From NCBI GenBank assembly GCA_964636545.1, contig CAZWSR010000006.1, forward strand, positions 1-46,028: 46,028 nt of DNA, given 5' to 3'. The notes beneath the pieces were generated by a model. It was not told the origin of the DNA, made no database searches, and saw only the letters and a list, made by a program, of their open reading frames with translations. Positions within the stretch are counted from its first letter, which is position 1, and the number at the start of each line of letters is the position of its first letter. Both the position numbers and the translations under genes were made by a program. The stretch is from Candidatus Undinarchaeota archaeon. Its GTDB lineage: Archaea; Undinarchaeota; Undinarchaeia; Undinarchaeales; UBA543. Of the stretch, positions 27,475 through 37,793 are shown piece by piece.

Positions 27475-28821
27475 TTAATGTTTTTCTTTCGATCTTTTTT
27501 TTGGTAAGAGTTTGAGAACCCAATCGGTTGCATCAAGATCGCGGACGGCATTATACCCACCATTTTCTTTTAAGAATTTTCGATATTTAGTTAAAACTTC
27601 TTTTCTTTTTTCCTTATACTCAGCAGGACCTTTTGCTTTGTCCTTTTTGTTATATTCCTCAACTTTTGATTTGTATTCATCAATTGCTTCTCGAACTTCT
27701 TTACCAGCTCCTTGCCACAAATCAGCAATCTTTACGATTTCGTCCTCAATATCAGAAAGCGTCTCCCCAGTAAGAGAATTCCGAAACAAGTGTTTTGTTT
27801 CATCGAGATTAAGATGGAAAGACCATTTAAAAAATTGACCAAGCAAAACAGTTAAGATATCATCAGTTTTCTCCATTAACCACTTAAGACGATCTTCTAT
27901 TTTAGTAGTAGGATCAAAAAAAGTTTTAGCTCCATGAAGTACATTATAATTTATTGTTTTTTTGATACTATAGAGTGTGATACTATCCCATAAATCTGCG
28001 TCATTAACAATTTTTTCCTCGATCTTTGTTGGAGAAATATTCTTATTATCGTGCATTGCAAGAAAAACAAGCATCCTCTCCATTTCTTTTTGACTAAAAG
28101 CAAGATCTAAATCATACATTCTAAGAAGCATAGGAACACCCCAGATGGGAGCAGCGGCTTTGGCCTCGTGTTTATGAGAAAGTTCTGTAACATTTCTACG
28201 GAACTCGATGTTTTTTATTAGAAGAGTAAACTCTTTTGCTCGCGCAGGTTCAGAGTCCATAACTTCTTTGATAAGTTCAATTGCTGTTTTTTCAAAAACG
28301 ATTTTTCTTTCTTCCTCGTTTGAATCACGTGCGTCTTGAAGAGAGTTTAGGGCTTTTTCAAGCTTTTTTTTATTCAACCCACTAGTTTTTTCAAGGGAGT
28401 CTGAGAAGGACTTAGAAGCCCATCCACGTATTTATCGAATATCCCCTGGAATGTCTTTGAACTTACAAGTTGCGTCATACATAGATTTGTCTATATCCCA
28501 AGCTCTCCAAGCATCGTGAAGTCCAGCCATAGTATATGTAAAATGTGTGTCCACGCCCCCATCACCCAACCTATCGAGAATTAGTTTGCAACGTCGTAAA
28601 ACATACATCATGTGCCCTGCGCCATGAGTAGAATCAAAATTATAGAAATTTTCATCAGGAAGTTTGTTTTCATGCTTAAAATCTACAGGTATTATATAGC
28701 GACGAAGCATTTTTTCTTCTTGAGGACTTAACCGAAATTTGTATTTTTTACCATAACCTTTGAGGTGGTCCCGAACTGCTTTAGGTATATGTTTCTTTTT
28801 TAGAGTAGAGTTATCTGCCAT
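27475..28821 (-). pseudogene. HD-domain phosphohydrolase-like gene interrupted by one in-frame TAA (28434-28432)
   Basis: The two track ORFs share a frame, with 18 sense codons between the TAA and 28377. Motifs THGAGH and LHD precede the stop; MHD and DADLWD follow it. Confidence 0.7.
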
Positions 28822-28879
28822 ATGTAAGAATATCTATAGTTATACAAGTTTTTAAGGTTTTTCAAGTGAGAGAAAAGAA

Positions 28880-29704
28880 TTATTTTCTTTGTGATTTGGT
28901 AAATCCAGATTCTATAGCGTCCAGATTTTTCACTTTTCTCATAATTAATTTCCTAATATCACTTGGAACACCATGACCTTTGAAACTTTTCTCAACATCT
29001 TTCATATCTCTTGTTTTCTTATAAACGCCAAGTGTTTCCTCAGTAGCTTCCCAAGGATATAAGATCCAGTCAGTTGAGTCCATTTTATCAGCAAAGAATA
29101 AGCCGCCTGTCTTTTTCTTAATTCTTTCCACAGCTTTTTCTTTTTGTTCTAGCTTGAATGCTCGCTTTTTTGGATCTGTCTCAAAAGGTTCATTTTTCAC
29201 ACCAATAACAGCTGCATAAAGTTCTTTTGGATTTGCTTTTGCAATATCTTTCAATACTAAACGCAAACTTTCTCCAACATCAAAAACATCATCAACAATT
29301 AATGTAACTTTGTTTCGAATACTTCTTTTTGCTTTTCCTTGTATTGGTTGGAACCAATCAACTTTACCAGTTTGTTCAACTTCTCCAACAGTATATCGCC
29401 TCATTCCAACATTGAGCAAGTGAGGATGACGAACTTTAACATCATAGGAGATTTTGTTCTTTGGTTTGCCGTCTTTGCCTTCTTTTTTAGTTACTGTTCG
29501 AACTTTTTCATACTGAGCAAACAAATCCCCTAAAAATCGAGCTGGAATCCAGCCACCTCTTGCAACTCCAATAATAACATCTGGCCAAATATTGGCCTTA
29601 GCCATTTGATCATAAATACTATAACATCTATCCCACACATGTGTGAGATCATAACGGACATAATCTGGTTCTATAGTTTTCTGATTTTTGTCTTTAGTTG
29701 TCAT
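28880..29704 (-). CDS. Type I phosphoribosyltransferase (purine PRT-like) with insertions
   Basis: IGVARGGWIPA, LIVDDVFDVGESL and WILYPWE. Confidence 0.85.
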   Translation of the reverse strand: MTTKDKNQKTIEPDYVRYDLTHVWDRCYSIYDQMAKANIWPDVIIGVARGGWIPARFLGDLFAQYEKVRTVTKKEGKDGKPKNKISYDVKVRHPHLLNVGMRRYTVGEVEQTGKVDWFQPIQGKAKRSIRNKVTLIVDDVFDVGESLRLVLKDIAKANPKELYAAVIGVKNEPFETDPKKRAFKLEQKEKAVERIKKKTGGLFFADKMDSTDWILYPWEATEETLGVYKKTRDMKDVEKSFKGHGVPSDIRKLIMRKVKNLDAIESGFTKSQRK

Positions 29705-29737
29705 AACTATACACTGTTTTTCCTGCTTTTTATAGTT

Positions 29738-31030
29738 TTAGCTCAGGAAAGCTTTTGGATCTATTCTTTCAGAAATCTCACCTGCAATATTCTCAAGCAT
29801 TTTCTCTTTAATTTCTTCTTTAGTCTTCCATTCCTTGTGTCCTAAAACCCAACCAAGTTTGACATAAGCTGTTTCAGGTAGCATATCTTTTAGGAAAATT
29901 GCTCCAGAATCCAACATCAAGCGCCCTGCTGCATAAACATATGGATCAGTTGTTCCATAAAGAGTTTGAGTAGTAATTCCAACAAAAACACCTTTGCTAG
30001 TTGCTTTCTTAATGCTGTCAAGCCAGCTGTTCTTTTTATCAAGTGGTTGAGTTGCAACATGACCAAATCCAGTTCCAGCAATTATTATTCCTTTGTATCC
30101 CTTGCTAACAAGTGAATCCAGCAATTCTGGTTTTGCACCAGGATAAGCATGAATTAATGCAACTTTTTCCTCAAATTTATTATCAAGTTCAACTTCTCCA
30201 CTTTCTCGTGAATTGTGGTCAGTGTTCTCGATTATCAAGTTGCCATCTGGGAAGATTTTTGCAAGTGGAGAATCATTTATTGGCCTGAAAGAATCTCGTC
30301 TGGATGAATGCATTTTTCGAACCTTTGCTCCACGAGTTGCAATGCAATAATCATCTTCATTAGTTGCATGCATTACAATTGAAACTTCTGAAATATCTGA
30401 TAAACAATAATGAGCTGCGCAAAGCAAGTTCTGTGCACCATCAAATGAACCGCGGTCTGTTGAACGCTGTGCACCAACAACAGCCACTGGTTTGTTGAGC
30501 TTTCTTAGCATAAATGATAATGCAGCTGCAGTGTAATGCAAAGTGTCTGTGCCATGAGTTACAATAACCCCTTCTGCCCCAGAATTAAGCTCTTTAGCAA
30601 CGGATTCTGCGATTTTGCCCCAATCAGTTGAACTCATGTCTTCACTCAAAAGTTTAAACGGACTTATTAAATTTTTAATACTAACATAATCAGCAAGCTC
30701 AGGCACTTTTCCAAGCAAATCCTCTGCAGATTCTGAAGGAAAAACTCCACCTGTTTTGTAATCAACTTCAGAAGTAATTGTTCCGCCAGTTGAAACAACT
30801 GAAATTGGTGGTTTTGTCTTGTCAAACTTTGTGGTTTTCTTTTTTGGCCTTGCTCCTGCTTTTTCAATAACATTAGAAGAAATAATACTGTCCTTAGGCA
30901 ATCCGATATTATATCCGTTTTCCAGTTTTAGCACTAAGTGAGTATCATCTGCAAGCCCTGGGCGCGGTATTAGAATTCCCTGATATTCGCGCTTTTTTGT
31001 CTTTATTTTGACAAGGTCGCCTGTGTTCAT
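29738..31030 (-). CDS. gatD: Glutamyl-tRNA(Gln) amidotransferase subunit D
   Basis: KLENGYNIG, TGGTI, HGTDT, QRSTDRGS and KMHSSRRD. Confidence 0.96.
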   Translation of the reverse strand: MNTGDLVKIKTKKREYQGILIPRPGLADDTHLVLKLENGYNIGLPKDSIISSNVIEKAGARPKKKTTKFDKTKPPISVVSTGGTITSEVDYKTGGVFPSESAEDLLGKVPELADYVSIKNLISPFKLLSEDMSSTDWGKIAESVAKELNSGAEGVIVTHGTDTLHYTAAALSFMLRKLNKPVAVVGAQRSTDRGSFDGAQNLLCAAHYCLSDISEVSIVMHATNEDDYCIATRGAKVRKMHSSRRDSFRPINDSPLAKIFPDGNLIIENTDHNSRESGEVELDNKFEEKVALIHAYPGAKPELLDSLVSKGYKGIIIAGTGFGHVATQPLDKKNSWLDSIKKATSKGVFVGITTQTLYGTTDPYVYAAGRLMLDSGAIFLKDMLPETAYVKLGWVLGHKEWKTKEEIKEKMLENIAGEISERIDPKAFLS

Positions 31031-31096
31031 GAGAATGAGTAATTAGGACTAGGTTATAAAGTTTCTCAGAACACCACAACTCTGCTGATATTTGAA

Positions 31097-31210
31097 TTGG
31101 TGAAATTTGTTAATTGGTTCTTGAGTGGCGCTCCAGAGTGCAGCGCGCACTGCATAAAGCCCATTCACCTTCGGTGAAGGGGCTTAAACAATTCTGTAGA
31201 AATTGGTTCG
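31097..31210. other. GC-rich hairpin cluster bracketed by two AATTGGTTC anchor motifs
   Basis: TGCAG-cgcgca-CTGCA and AAGCCC-a-TTCACC-ttc-GGTGAA-g-GGGCTT; aattggttc at about 31112-31120 and 31201-31209. Confidence 0.55.
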
Positions 31211-31229
31211 ACCTGTTTGGATAAATGTT

Positions 31230-31379
31230 TCAGAAAACTCCAGTTAGTTTCAATATCAACAAAACAAACCCAATAAAAACCAATACACTAACAATAATTG
31301 GAGCAAATGTCATAAACAAAAACAGTTTCTCCCGCTTTTTTGGGTCTTTCAATATTTTCTTGATAAATCTACTAGTCAT
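31230..31379 (-). CDS. Small single-TM protein (49 aa)
   Basis: MTSRFIKKILKDPKKREKLFLFMTFAPIIVSVLVFIGFVLLILKLTGVF. Its ATG overlaps the upstream stop (TAATG). Confidence 0.7.
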   Translation of the reverse strand: MTSRFIKKILKDPKKREKLFLFMTFAPIIVSVLVFIGFVLLILKLTGVF

Positions 31380-31744
31380 TACCTAAGACTCTTCTCAACA
31401 GGCATTAAAACAACGTATCCAAGAAAATCACCTTTAGAAACTTTCCCATCAACAATAGGAGTAAATCGAGCATAACCAATTGTCCTGTCCATATCCAATG
31501 GCTTTGGCTCTGCTTCACTTACACCAGAAACATTTCCGTGCTTGTTCATCCTGTACATAGATGGGAGCACAATATGATTTGCAGGAACAGCAATTCGATT
31601 CACACGAATTGAATGGCAACGACCCTTCAGAACATCATGATCTTCTTCTGCAACTAAATGCTCAAGCTTCCAGTTTGCCTGTTTAAGACCGACTGCATGC
31701 TTTTTTTGTTTGAAATCCTGCCAGAAATTTTCAACTGTTGTCAT
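31379..31744 (-). CDS. DUF22-like protein
   Basis: IAVPANHIV...GNVSGV...P...DRTI...F.P..DG.V..GDFLG pattern; located after atpD. Confidence 0.7.
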   Translation of the reverse strand: MTTVENFWQDFKQKKHAVGLKQANWKLEHLVAEEDHDVLKGRCHSIRVNRIAVPANHIVLPSMYRMNKHGNVSGVSEAEPKPLDMDRTIGYARFTPIVDGKVSKGDFLGYVVLMPVEKSLR

Positions 31745-31749
31745 TTTTT

Positions 31750-31832
31750 GTTTGTCCTATTGGTTAGTGTTGTTCGTTATTGGTTGTTCGTTATTCGTTA
31801 CGAATTACGAAATACAAACAACGAATTACACT
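31750..31832 (-). repeat. Heptamer palindrome element (TTCGTTA/TAACGAA type) plus AACCAATAGGACAAAC anchor
   Basis: agtgttg ttcgtta ttggttg ttcgtta ttcgtta / cgaatta cgaaata caaacaa cgaatta cact. Confidence 0.85.
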
Positions 31833-31834
31833 AT

Positions 31835-32491
31835 TTAACCAAGTGACGCCTCCTTCTTTTTTGCTAATTTGCCTTTAATTTTCTTTAATCGTGAAAAGTC
31901 CTCTCTTTCCATTTCATCCAAACGCATTCTAATGAATGTGCTTGTGTTTTTCATTCTTGGAATAACAATATACTCAAGTGCATTTACACGTCTTTTTGTT
32001 TTCTCAACTTCAGTTGCCAACATCTCAATTGTTTTCTCAATCTCAGCCATTTGCACAACAAGCGAAAGTGCACTGTCAAATTGGCCAGCTGCTTCATCCA
32101 AACTTGCTGAAGTTGTAATTGGACTGTAACCGCGGTTTCCAAGATTCCTCTCATCTTCTTCCAAAGCAATTTCAGGAACTTTTATCCCAATAATATTCTT
32201 GGTTTCAAATTTCGCATTTGCAATCTCGCGAACTGCCATTGACGCACTCTTGACTTCAAGCGGACCCATAATTGCTTTGGCTTTCACCAAATCCATATAG
32301 GCCTGTTTGAAATGCTTTTCAACATCATCCCGCAAAGTAGAGCCTTGCTTGATAATTTCCAGGAACTTCATAATCAATGCATCGCGCTTTTCTTTTAGGA
32401 GTTTGTATCCTTTGTCAGCTAGCTTGATCTTTTTCCTGAGCTTTATCAGCTCCATGCGGGTCGGGTTTATTCCCGATATTATGTCGGTCAT
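31835..32491 (-). CDS. atpD: A-type ATP synthase subunit D
   Basis: PTRMEL, LLKEKRDAL and KTKRRVNALE. Confidence 0.96.
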   Translation of the reverse strand: MTDIISGINPTRMELIKLRKKIKLADKGYKLLKEKRDALIMKFLEIIKQGSTLRDDVEKHFKQAYMDLVKAKAIMGPLEVKSASMAVREIANAKFETKNIIGIKVPEIALEEDERNLGNRGYSPITTSASLDEAAGQFDSALSLVVQMAEIEKTIEMLATEVEKTKRRVNALEYIVIPRMKNTSTFIRMRLDEMEREDFSRLKKIKGKLAKKKEASLG

Positions 32492-32494
32492 TTG

Positions 32495-32572
32495 TTTGTC
32501 CTATTGGTTAAGGTATGAGCCCTCGGCCTTCAGCTGTCAGGTCCTGACTGCTGAGGGCTGACTGCTGACACC
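32495..32572 (-). repeat. Heptamer palindrome element (nnTCAGC/GCTGAnn type) plus AACCAATAGGACAAAC anchor
   Basis: Its reverse complement is nearly identical to 45545-45625. Confidence 0.92.
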
Positions 32573-33951
32573 TATTCTTTCAAATATTTCTCAATCTGAG
32601 CTGGTTTCAGTCGCTTTAGCTCTTCTTTAGGTAATATCTTGAACATATCCCAGCAAATTCCAAGAGTGGTTTCAATACTGCGGTCTTCATCCTTGCCCTG
32701 AGTAACAAAACGCTTCTCAAATTCTTGTGAGAATTTTAGGAACGCCTTATCTCGGTCAGACAAAGCTTCTTCACCAATAACAGCAACCAAGTCCTGCAAG
32801 CTTCTTCCTTCAGCATAGCCAGCATATCCCTGGTTTGAAACACCTGAATGGTCTTCTCTGGTCTTACCTTCGCCAATACCCTTGTTCATCAAACGAGACA
32901 AGCAAGGAAGCACATCAACTGGAGGGAAAACACCTTTCTTGTGCAAATCCCTTGAAAGAACAATCTGTCCTTCTGTAATGTACCCAGTAAGATCAGGAAT
33001 TGGGTGTGTTATGTCGTCCTGAGGCATGGAAAGAATTGGAAGCTGTGTAATTGAACCTTTTTTACCTTCAATTTTTCCAGCTCGCTCATACAATGAAGCC
33101 AAATCAGTGTACATGTATCCAGGATAACCACGTCTTCCAGGAACTTCTTCTCGAGCAGCTGAAATTTCTCGCAATGCTTCGCAGTAGTTTGTCATGTCGG
33201 TCAAGATAACAAGAACATGCATACCTTTCTCAAATGCAAGATATTCTGCAGCTGTAAGTGCAGCTCTTGGTGTAATGATTCTCTCAATTGTTGGATCATT
33301 TGCCAAATTAACAAACATCAATACTTTCTCAAGTGCGCCAGATTTCTCAAAGTCCTCTTTGAAAAATGCAGCTTCTTCAAAAGTAATTCCCATTGCAGCA
33401 AAAATTACAGCAAAGTCCTCTTTTGAACCAAGCACTTTTGCTTGCCTTGCAATCTGCGCAGCAAGTTCATTGTGCGGAAGTCCAGAACCTGAGAAAATCG
33501 GAAGTTTCTGTCCTCGAACAAGTGTATTCATCCCATCAATTGTGGAAATACCTGTCTGAATGAAATCCTCTGGATATTCTCGAGCAGTTGGGTTTATTGG
33601 AGCACCATTGATGTCAATGAATTTCTCAGCAACAATCTTTGGACCGCCATCAAGTGGTTCGCCTCGTGAGTTGAAAACACGACCAAGCATGTCTTTTGAA
33701 ACCGGAAGCATAACACCTTTTCCAGTGAATCTGGTGCTTGTCTTGTCAGTATCAATTCCACGAGTTCCTTCGAAAACCTGCACAATTGCAGTTTCTCCAG
33801 CAACCTCAAGAACCTGTCCGTATCTCTTTTCCTTTTCAGGTGTCTTTATTTCCACAAGCTCGTTGTATGTTGCGCCTTCTACGCCGTCAACAACAATCAG
33901 CGGACCGCTGACTTCTTTTACTGTTGAATATTCCTTGTTTTTTTCACTCAT
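32572..33951 (-). CDS. atpB: A-type ATP synthase subunit B
   Basis: [24 protein letters not shown] and [15 protein letters not shown]. Confidence 0.97.
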   Translation of the reverse strand: MSEKNKEYSTVKEVSGPLIVVDGVEGATYNELVEIKTPEKEKRYGQVLEVAGETAIVQVFEGTRGIDTDKTSTRFTGKGVMLPVSKDMLGRVFNSRGEPLDGGPKIVAEKFIDINGAPINPTAREYPEDFIQTGISTIDGMNTLVRGQKLPIFSGSGLPHNELAAQIARQAKVLGSKEDFAVIFAAMGITFEEAAFFKEDFEKSGALEKVLMFVNLANDPTIERIITPRAALTAAEYLAFEKGMHVLVILTDMTNYCEALREISAAREEVPGRRGYPGYMYTDLASLYERAGKIEGKKGSITQLPILSMPQDDITHPIPDLTGYITEGQIVLSRDLHKKGVFPPVDVLPCLSRLMNKGIGEGKTREDHSGVSNQGYAGYAEGRSLQDLVAVIGEEALSDRDKAFLKFSQEFEKRFVTQGKDEDRSIETTLGICWDMFKILPKEELKRLKPAQIEKYLKE

Positions 33952-35725
33952 TTGACTCTACCCCCGTAACTATTTTTTCACGCTGCGCTAATTTCTTCAA
34001 CCCCTCTTCAAATTTGTGCTTTACATCACGAATCTTTGCATCAACCTTACTTTCTTCTAAATATTTCAGGCCAGCAATATCTGCTGTAACAGGAATTTTT
34101 GAAATGTCGTTAGTACTAATTCCTGAATCAATTGACTCATTTGACTTGTGATGTTTCCACAAAATCAAATTCATTAAGTTGAACTGTTTCTTCGGACTGG
34201 TATAGGTATCCACAGCATCATACGCATTTTGTTGTAGGAAATCCTCCCTCAAAGACCGTGCAGTTTCCATAAGAAGTTTGTCTTGTTCTGGAAGCGCATC
34301 TGGTCCAACCAAACGTACAATTTCCTGAAGCTCAGCTTCTCTTTGAAGAATACCCATTGACTCTTTCTTTAACTCAAGCCAATTTCCAACTTCCTTTGTC
34401 CACCAGCTTGAAACATTATCATCATACAGAGAGTATGAAGTTAGCCAGTTAATACTTGGGAAGTGGCGTCTGTTTGCAAGATCAGCATCAAGTGCCCAGA
34501 AAACCTTACAGATACGAAGTGTGTTCTGCGTAACTGGTTCAGAAAAGTCACCACCAGGTGGACTGACAGCTCCAATAACTGAAACAGAACCGCGATTTTT
34601 CTCGTCAGTTCCAATTGGCTGTACAACACCAGCTCGCTCATAAAACTGAGCAATTCTTGGTGCAAGGTAAGCAGGATATCCTTCCTCACCAGGCATCTCT
34701 TCCAAACGGGAACTGATTTCACGCATTGCCTCTGCCCATCTTGACGTTGAGTCAGCCATTAGCGCAACATTGTAACCCATATCACGGTAATACTCTGCAA
34801 TTGTAATTCCAGTGTATACTGAAGCTTCACGAGCTGCTACAGGCATGTTTGAAGTGTTTGCAATCAGCACAGTTCTCTCAAGAAGTGCTTTTCCAGTTCT
34901 TGGATCTTTCAAGTGCGGGAATTCTTTCAGTACTTCAGTCATCTCATTTCCACGCTCTCCGCATCCAATATAAACAACAATATCTGCATCAGACCATTTT
35001 GCAAGCTGTTGCTGCATCACAGTTTTTCCAGCACCAAATGGCCCTGGAATTGCACTTGCCCCACCTTTTGCAACTGGGAAAAAAGTATCAACAATTCTTT
35101 GTCCAGTAATAAGAGGAGTTGTTGGTCTGAATTTTTCACTATAAGGTCGAGGAATACGAACAGGCCATTTCTGTGCCATTTGCACTGGCTTTCCGTCAAT
35201 CTCAGCAATTGTGTGATGAACAGTGTATTTGCCATCAGATTCAATCTTGGTTACTTCCCCACTCATTTTTGGAGGAACCATAATCTTGTTCACAACAACT
35301 TCAGACTCCTTGACTGTTCCGAGAATATCTCCGCCTTTCACTTTGTCGCCTTTCTTGACCTGGGGTTTGAAATCCCAAGTCTTTTTGGTGTTAAGTGTTG
35401 GCTCATCAATTCCACGAGTAATGTAAGAACCGGCCTTTTTCATAATATTTTCTAGAGGTCTGGCTATTCCATCATAAGTGGTGCCGATAAGTCCTGGCCC
35501 GAGCTCTACAGATAGTGGCATGCCTGTGTTTTCAACTGGCTGTCCTGGCCCTATACCTGCAGTTTCCTCGTAAACCTGCACTGTCGCCCTGTCTCCATTA
35601 AGCTGAATAACTTCGCCAAGAAGCCCTTCTGCTCCAACTTTAACAACATCGTACATCTTGGAACCTTTCATTCCGTCTGCCACGATAACTGGTCCTGCAA
35701 TCCTAACAATTTTTCCTTTTATCAC
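33944..35725 (-). CDS. atpA: A-type ATP synthase subunit A (no intein)
   Basis: [17 protein letters not shown] and [10 protein letters not shown]. Confidence 0.97.
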   Translation of the reverse strand: MIKGKIVRIAGPVIVADGMKGSKMYDVVKVGAEGLLGEVIQLNGDRATVQVYEETAGIGPGQPVENTGMPLSVELGPGLIGTTYDGIARPLENIMKKAGSYITRGIDEPTLNTKKTWDFKPQVKKGDKVKGGDILGTVKESEVVVNKIMVPPKMSGEVTKIESDGKYTVHHTIAEIDGKPVQMAQKWPVRIPRPYSEKFRPTTPLITGQRIVDTFFPVAKGGASAIPGPFGAGKTVMQQQLAKWSDADIVVYIGCGERGNEMTEVLKEFPHLKDPRTGKALLERTVLIANTSNMPVAAREASVYTGITIAEYYRDMGYNVALMADSTSRWAEAMREISSRLEEMPGEEGYPAYLAPRIAQFYERAGVVQPIGTDEKNRGSVSVIGAVSPPGGDFSEPVTQNTLRICKVFWALDADLANRRHFPSINWLTSYSLYDDNVSSWWTKEVGNWLELKKESMGILQREAELQEIVRLVGPDALPEQDKLLMETARSLREDFLQQNAYDAVDTYTSPKKQFNLMNLILWKHHKSNESIDSGISTNDISKIPVTADIAGLKYLEESKVDAKIRDVKHKFEEGLKKLAQREKIVTGVESNE

Positions 35726-36054
35726 TGTATTTCACCTTCCTTTTTAGAAGTAATATCAACGCCGACAGCCCTGCGGATCATTTCCTTTATGTTCTTCTTC
35801 GCATGGCCTGTACTGCCGGTCTGGTCAGGCACCTCAATAACAACTGGGTGCGGTTTGCTTCTCAGCTTGCTGATTTCCTCACTTACATAGCTGGCATGAT
35901 TTTCTGAAATTATGATTAGGTCGTACTCTTTCTGAAGTGCCTGATTAAGTACATTAGATGTGTCTGCAACTTTCTCAACAGGATAAGCTGCAGTAACTCC
36001 TGCAAGACGGAATCCCATCACCATATCTTTGTCACCAATAACACAGATGTTCAT
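35722..36054 (-). CDS. atpF: A-type ATP synthase subunit F
   Basis: [15 protein letters not shown] and IRRAVGVDI. Confidence 0.95.
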   Translation of the reverse strand: MNICVIGDKDMVMGFRLAGVTAAYPVEKVADTSNVLNQALQKEYDLIIISENHASYVSEEISKLRSKPHPVVIEVPDQTGSTGHAKKNIKEMIRRAVGVDITSKKEGEIQ

Positions 36055-37205
36055 ACTGCACCCCCGGTTTCAATATCAATTCCACTATGGTTGAAACTTG
36101 AAAACATCCTAATTTTTCGTGCATCTACTTCCTTGCCAGTTATCAAGTAAAGCGCAGGTCCAAGACCAAGGCCGTTCTTGACAGATAGCTGTTTTGCAGT
36201 TTGCTCATAATGTGCATCAAGCTTGTTCTCAATTTGATAAAGTGAGCCAGTATCTTTGAAAGTAGTTGAAACCTCTGCAAGAACTTCAGAATAGTTAGTT
36301 CCTTCAAGTTGTGAAAGTATTTCATCAATTGTTTCTGCTTTTGCAATTGTCTTCAGTTTGTCTTTTGATAAATTATAGGACGCATTAATTATGAAATCAT
36401 CAATGTTTTCAACACTGCTTCCAGCAGCGCGCATTCTTAGTAATGTTTTCAAATTAAGAGTATCGATTTTTGTTCCAAGCAAAAGGTTCACTGCAACCAT
36501 GTTCTTTTCTTTTGAAAGTGCGATTTTTCCATGAGCTTTCTCATAAACATACTTATCAATTGCAAGTTCAAGTGGAAGGAGAGATTTCTGCTCTTCAACC
36601 TGTTGCATTGCTTCAGAAACAGTTTTTCCATATTCTGTGCTTTCAAGTTCAGAAACTGCTTCCTCAATTGTTTTTGATTCAATAAGTGCTTTGAGAATGT
36701 GTTCTTTTAATGTGCCAATAGGAATTACAAGATCAGCTCTTGCTTCAACAGGGAACTTGTCATCTTTCAAGCACCTGAAAACCATTTTAATGTTTTTAGC
36801 ATCGTAAATCTTGAGAAGGTCTTTTATTACATTTTTAACTTCACTAGGGACTGTTCTTACAACTTTACTGTAAATATCTGAAGTGTGTTGATTTAATGCT
36901 TTCTCAAGTCCATCCTCGCACGCAGGATCTGTCATTTTTGTCAGATAGGCACCATAATCTGTATTTTCAAGAGTACTTACGCAATCAATTTGCGTTTTTG
37001 AGTTTTTTAGGTCTTCAAGTTTTTGTTTTTTAAGTAAACCAGCTTCAAGTGCACGTATTTTCGCATTAGTATACATGTAAGGAGCAAGATCAACAACATT
37101 CATTATAACTGGAATCATCAATATTACAAATCCTGCAACAGCTACAGCTGCGATAATTGCCACCACTGGTTCGCTCATGACAAGCGCATTTATTGACCAA
37201 TCCAT
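36051..37205 (-). CDS. atpC: A-type ATP synthase subunit C with an N-terminal hydrophobic extension
   Basis: Y.YTNAKIRALE..LL and ID..NLKTLLR; operon position. Confidence 0.9.
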   Translation of the reverse strand: MDWSINALVMSEPVVAIIAAVAVAGFVILMIPVIMNVVDLAPYMYTNAKIRALEAGLLKKQKLEDLKNSKTQIDCVSTLENTDYGAYLTKMTDPACEDGLEKALNQHTSDIYSKVVRTVPSEVKNVIKDLLKIYDAKNIKMVFRCLKDDKFPVEARADLVIPIGTLKEHILKALIESKTIEEAVSELESTEYGKTVSEAMQQVEEQKSLLPLELAIDKYVYEKAHGKIALSKEKNMVAVNLLLGTKIDTLNLKTLLRMRAAGSSVENIDDFIINASYNLSKDKLKTIAKAETIDEILSQLEGTNYSEVLAEVSTTFKDTGSLYQIENKLDAHYEQTAKQLSVKNGLGLGPALYLITGKEVDARKIRMFSSFNHSGIDIETGGAV

Positions 37206-37206
37206 T

Positions 37207-37788
37207 TTATTTGAATAGTATTTCTGCTACTTTACCTCGAATTACTTCAGATTCTCGCTCAAGTATTCTTTCAATACTGTTATCGATTCTCAAGTTTCCT
37301 GAACTATTTTCAATAACAACACCGCCAAGCAACTCAATTGCGTCGCCGGTTTTAACACTAAGTTCTTTTGCAAGTTCTTTTCCAAGTGCGTGGTTCTCTT
37401 TGTTGAACAGAAGGGTGCTTCCTTCCCCAATTGCCTTAATCCCATCTTCTGACAAAAGTTTCACAGCTTTTTTGTATCTGCCAGTTCCATCATTGCTCAT
37501 TCTCTTTAGATGAGTTTCAGCTTTAGAAAGTGCATTTGAAATAAGCTTATCCTTGCTCTGAAGAGTCAAGTTGTGCGCCTCAAGGTTTGATGAAGAGCGA
37601 ATTCTCTGCTCCTCTCGTGCAGCTGCTTTCTTTCCACTATCCTGAATTGCTTTTTTCTCAGCATGTGTTTTTTCATCTGCTGATTTCTTGACTGCAGCTG
37701 CCTGTTCCTTAGCGTCGCTAATAATTTTATTAGCTTCGTTAATGGCGTCTTTCATTATTTTTTGATTGATTTTTGTTACTCCTTCCAT
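37207..37788 (-). CDS. atpE: A-type ATP synthase subunit E
   Basis: Coiled coil followed by GGVVI...IDNSIE. Confidence 0.9.
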   Translation of the reverse strand: MEGVTKINQKIMKDAINEANKIISDAKEQAAAVKKSADEKTHAEKKAIQDSGKKAAAREEQRIRSSSNLEAHNLTLQSKDKLISNALSKAETHLKRMSNDGTGRYKKAVKLLSEDGIKAIGEGSTLLFNKENHALGKELAKELSVKTGDAIELLGGVVIENSSGNLRIDNSIERILERESEVIRGKVAEILFK

Positions 37789-37793
37789 TTTAA

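Noticed and set aside
28432-28434. Stop-codon reassignment or Sec/Pyl recoding
   Set aside because: The codon is TAA, which terminates many normal genes in this window. A point mutation or base error is simpler.
33944-35725. Intein in AtpA
   Set aside because: Normal length and an uninterrupted GAGKT-VMQ region.
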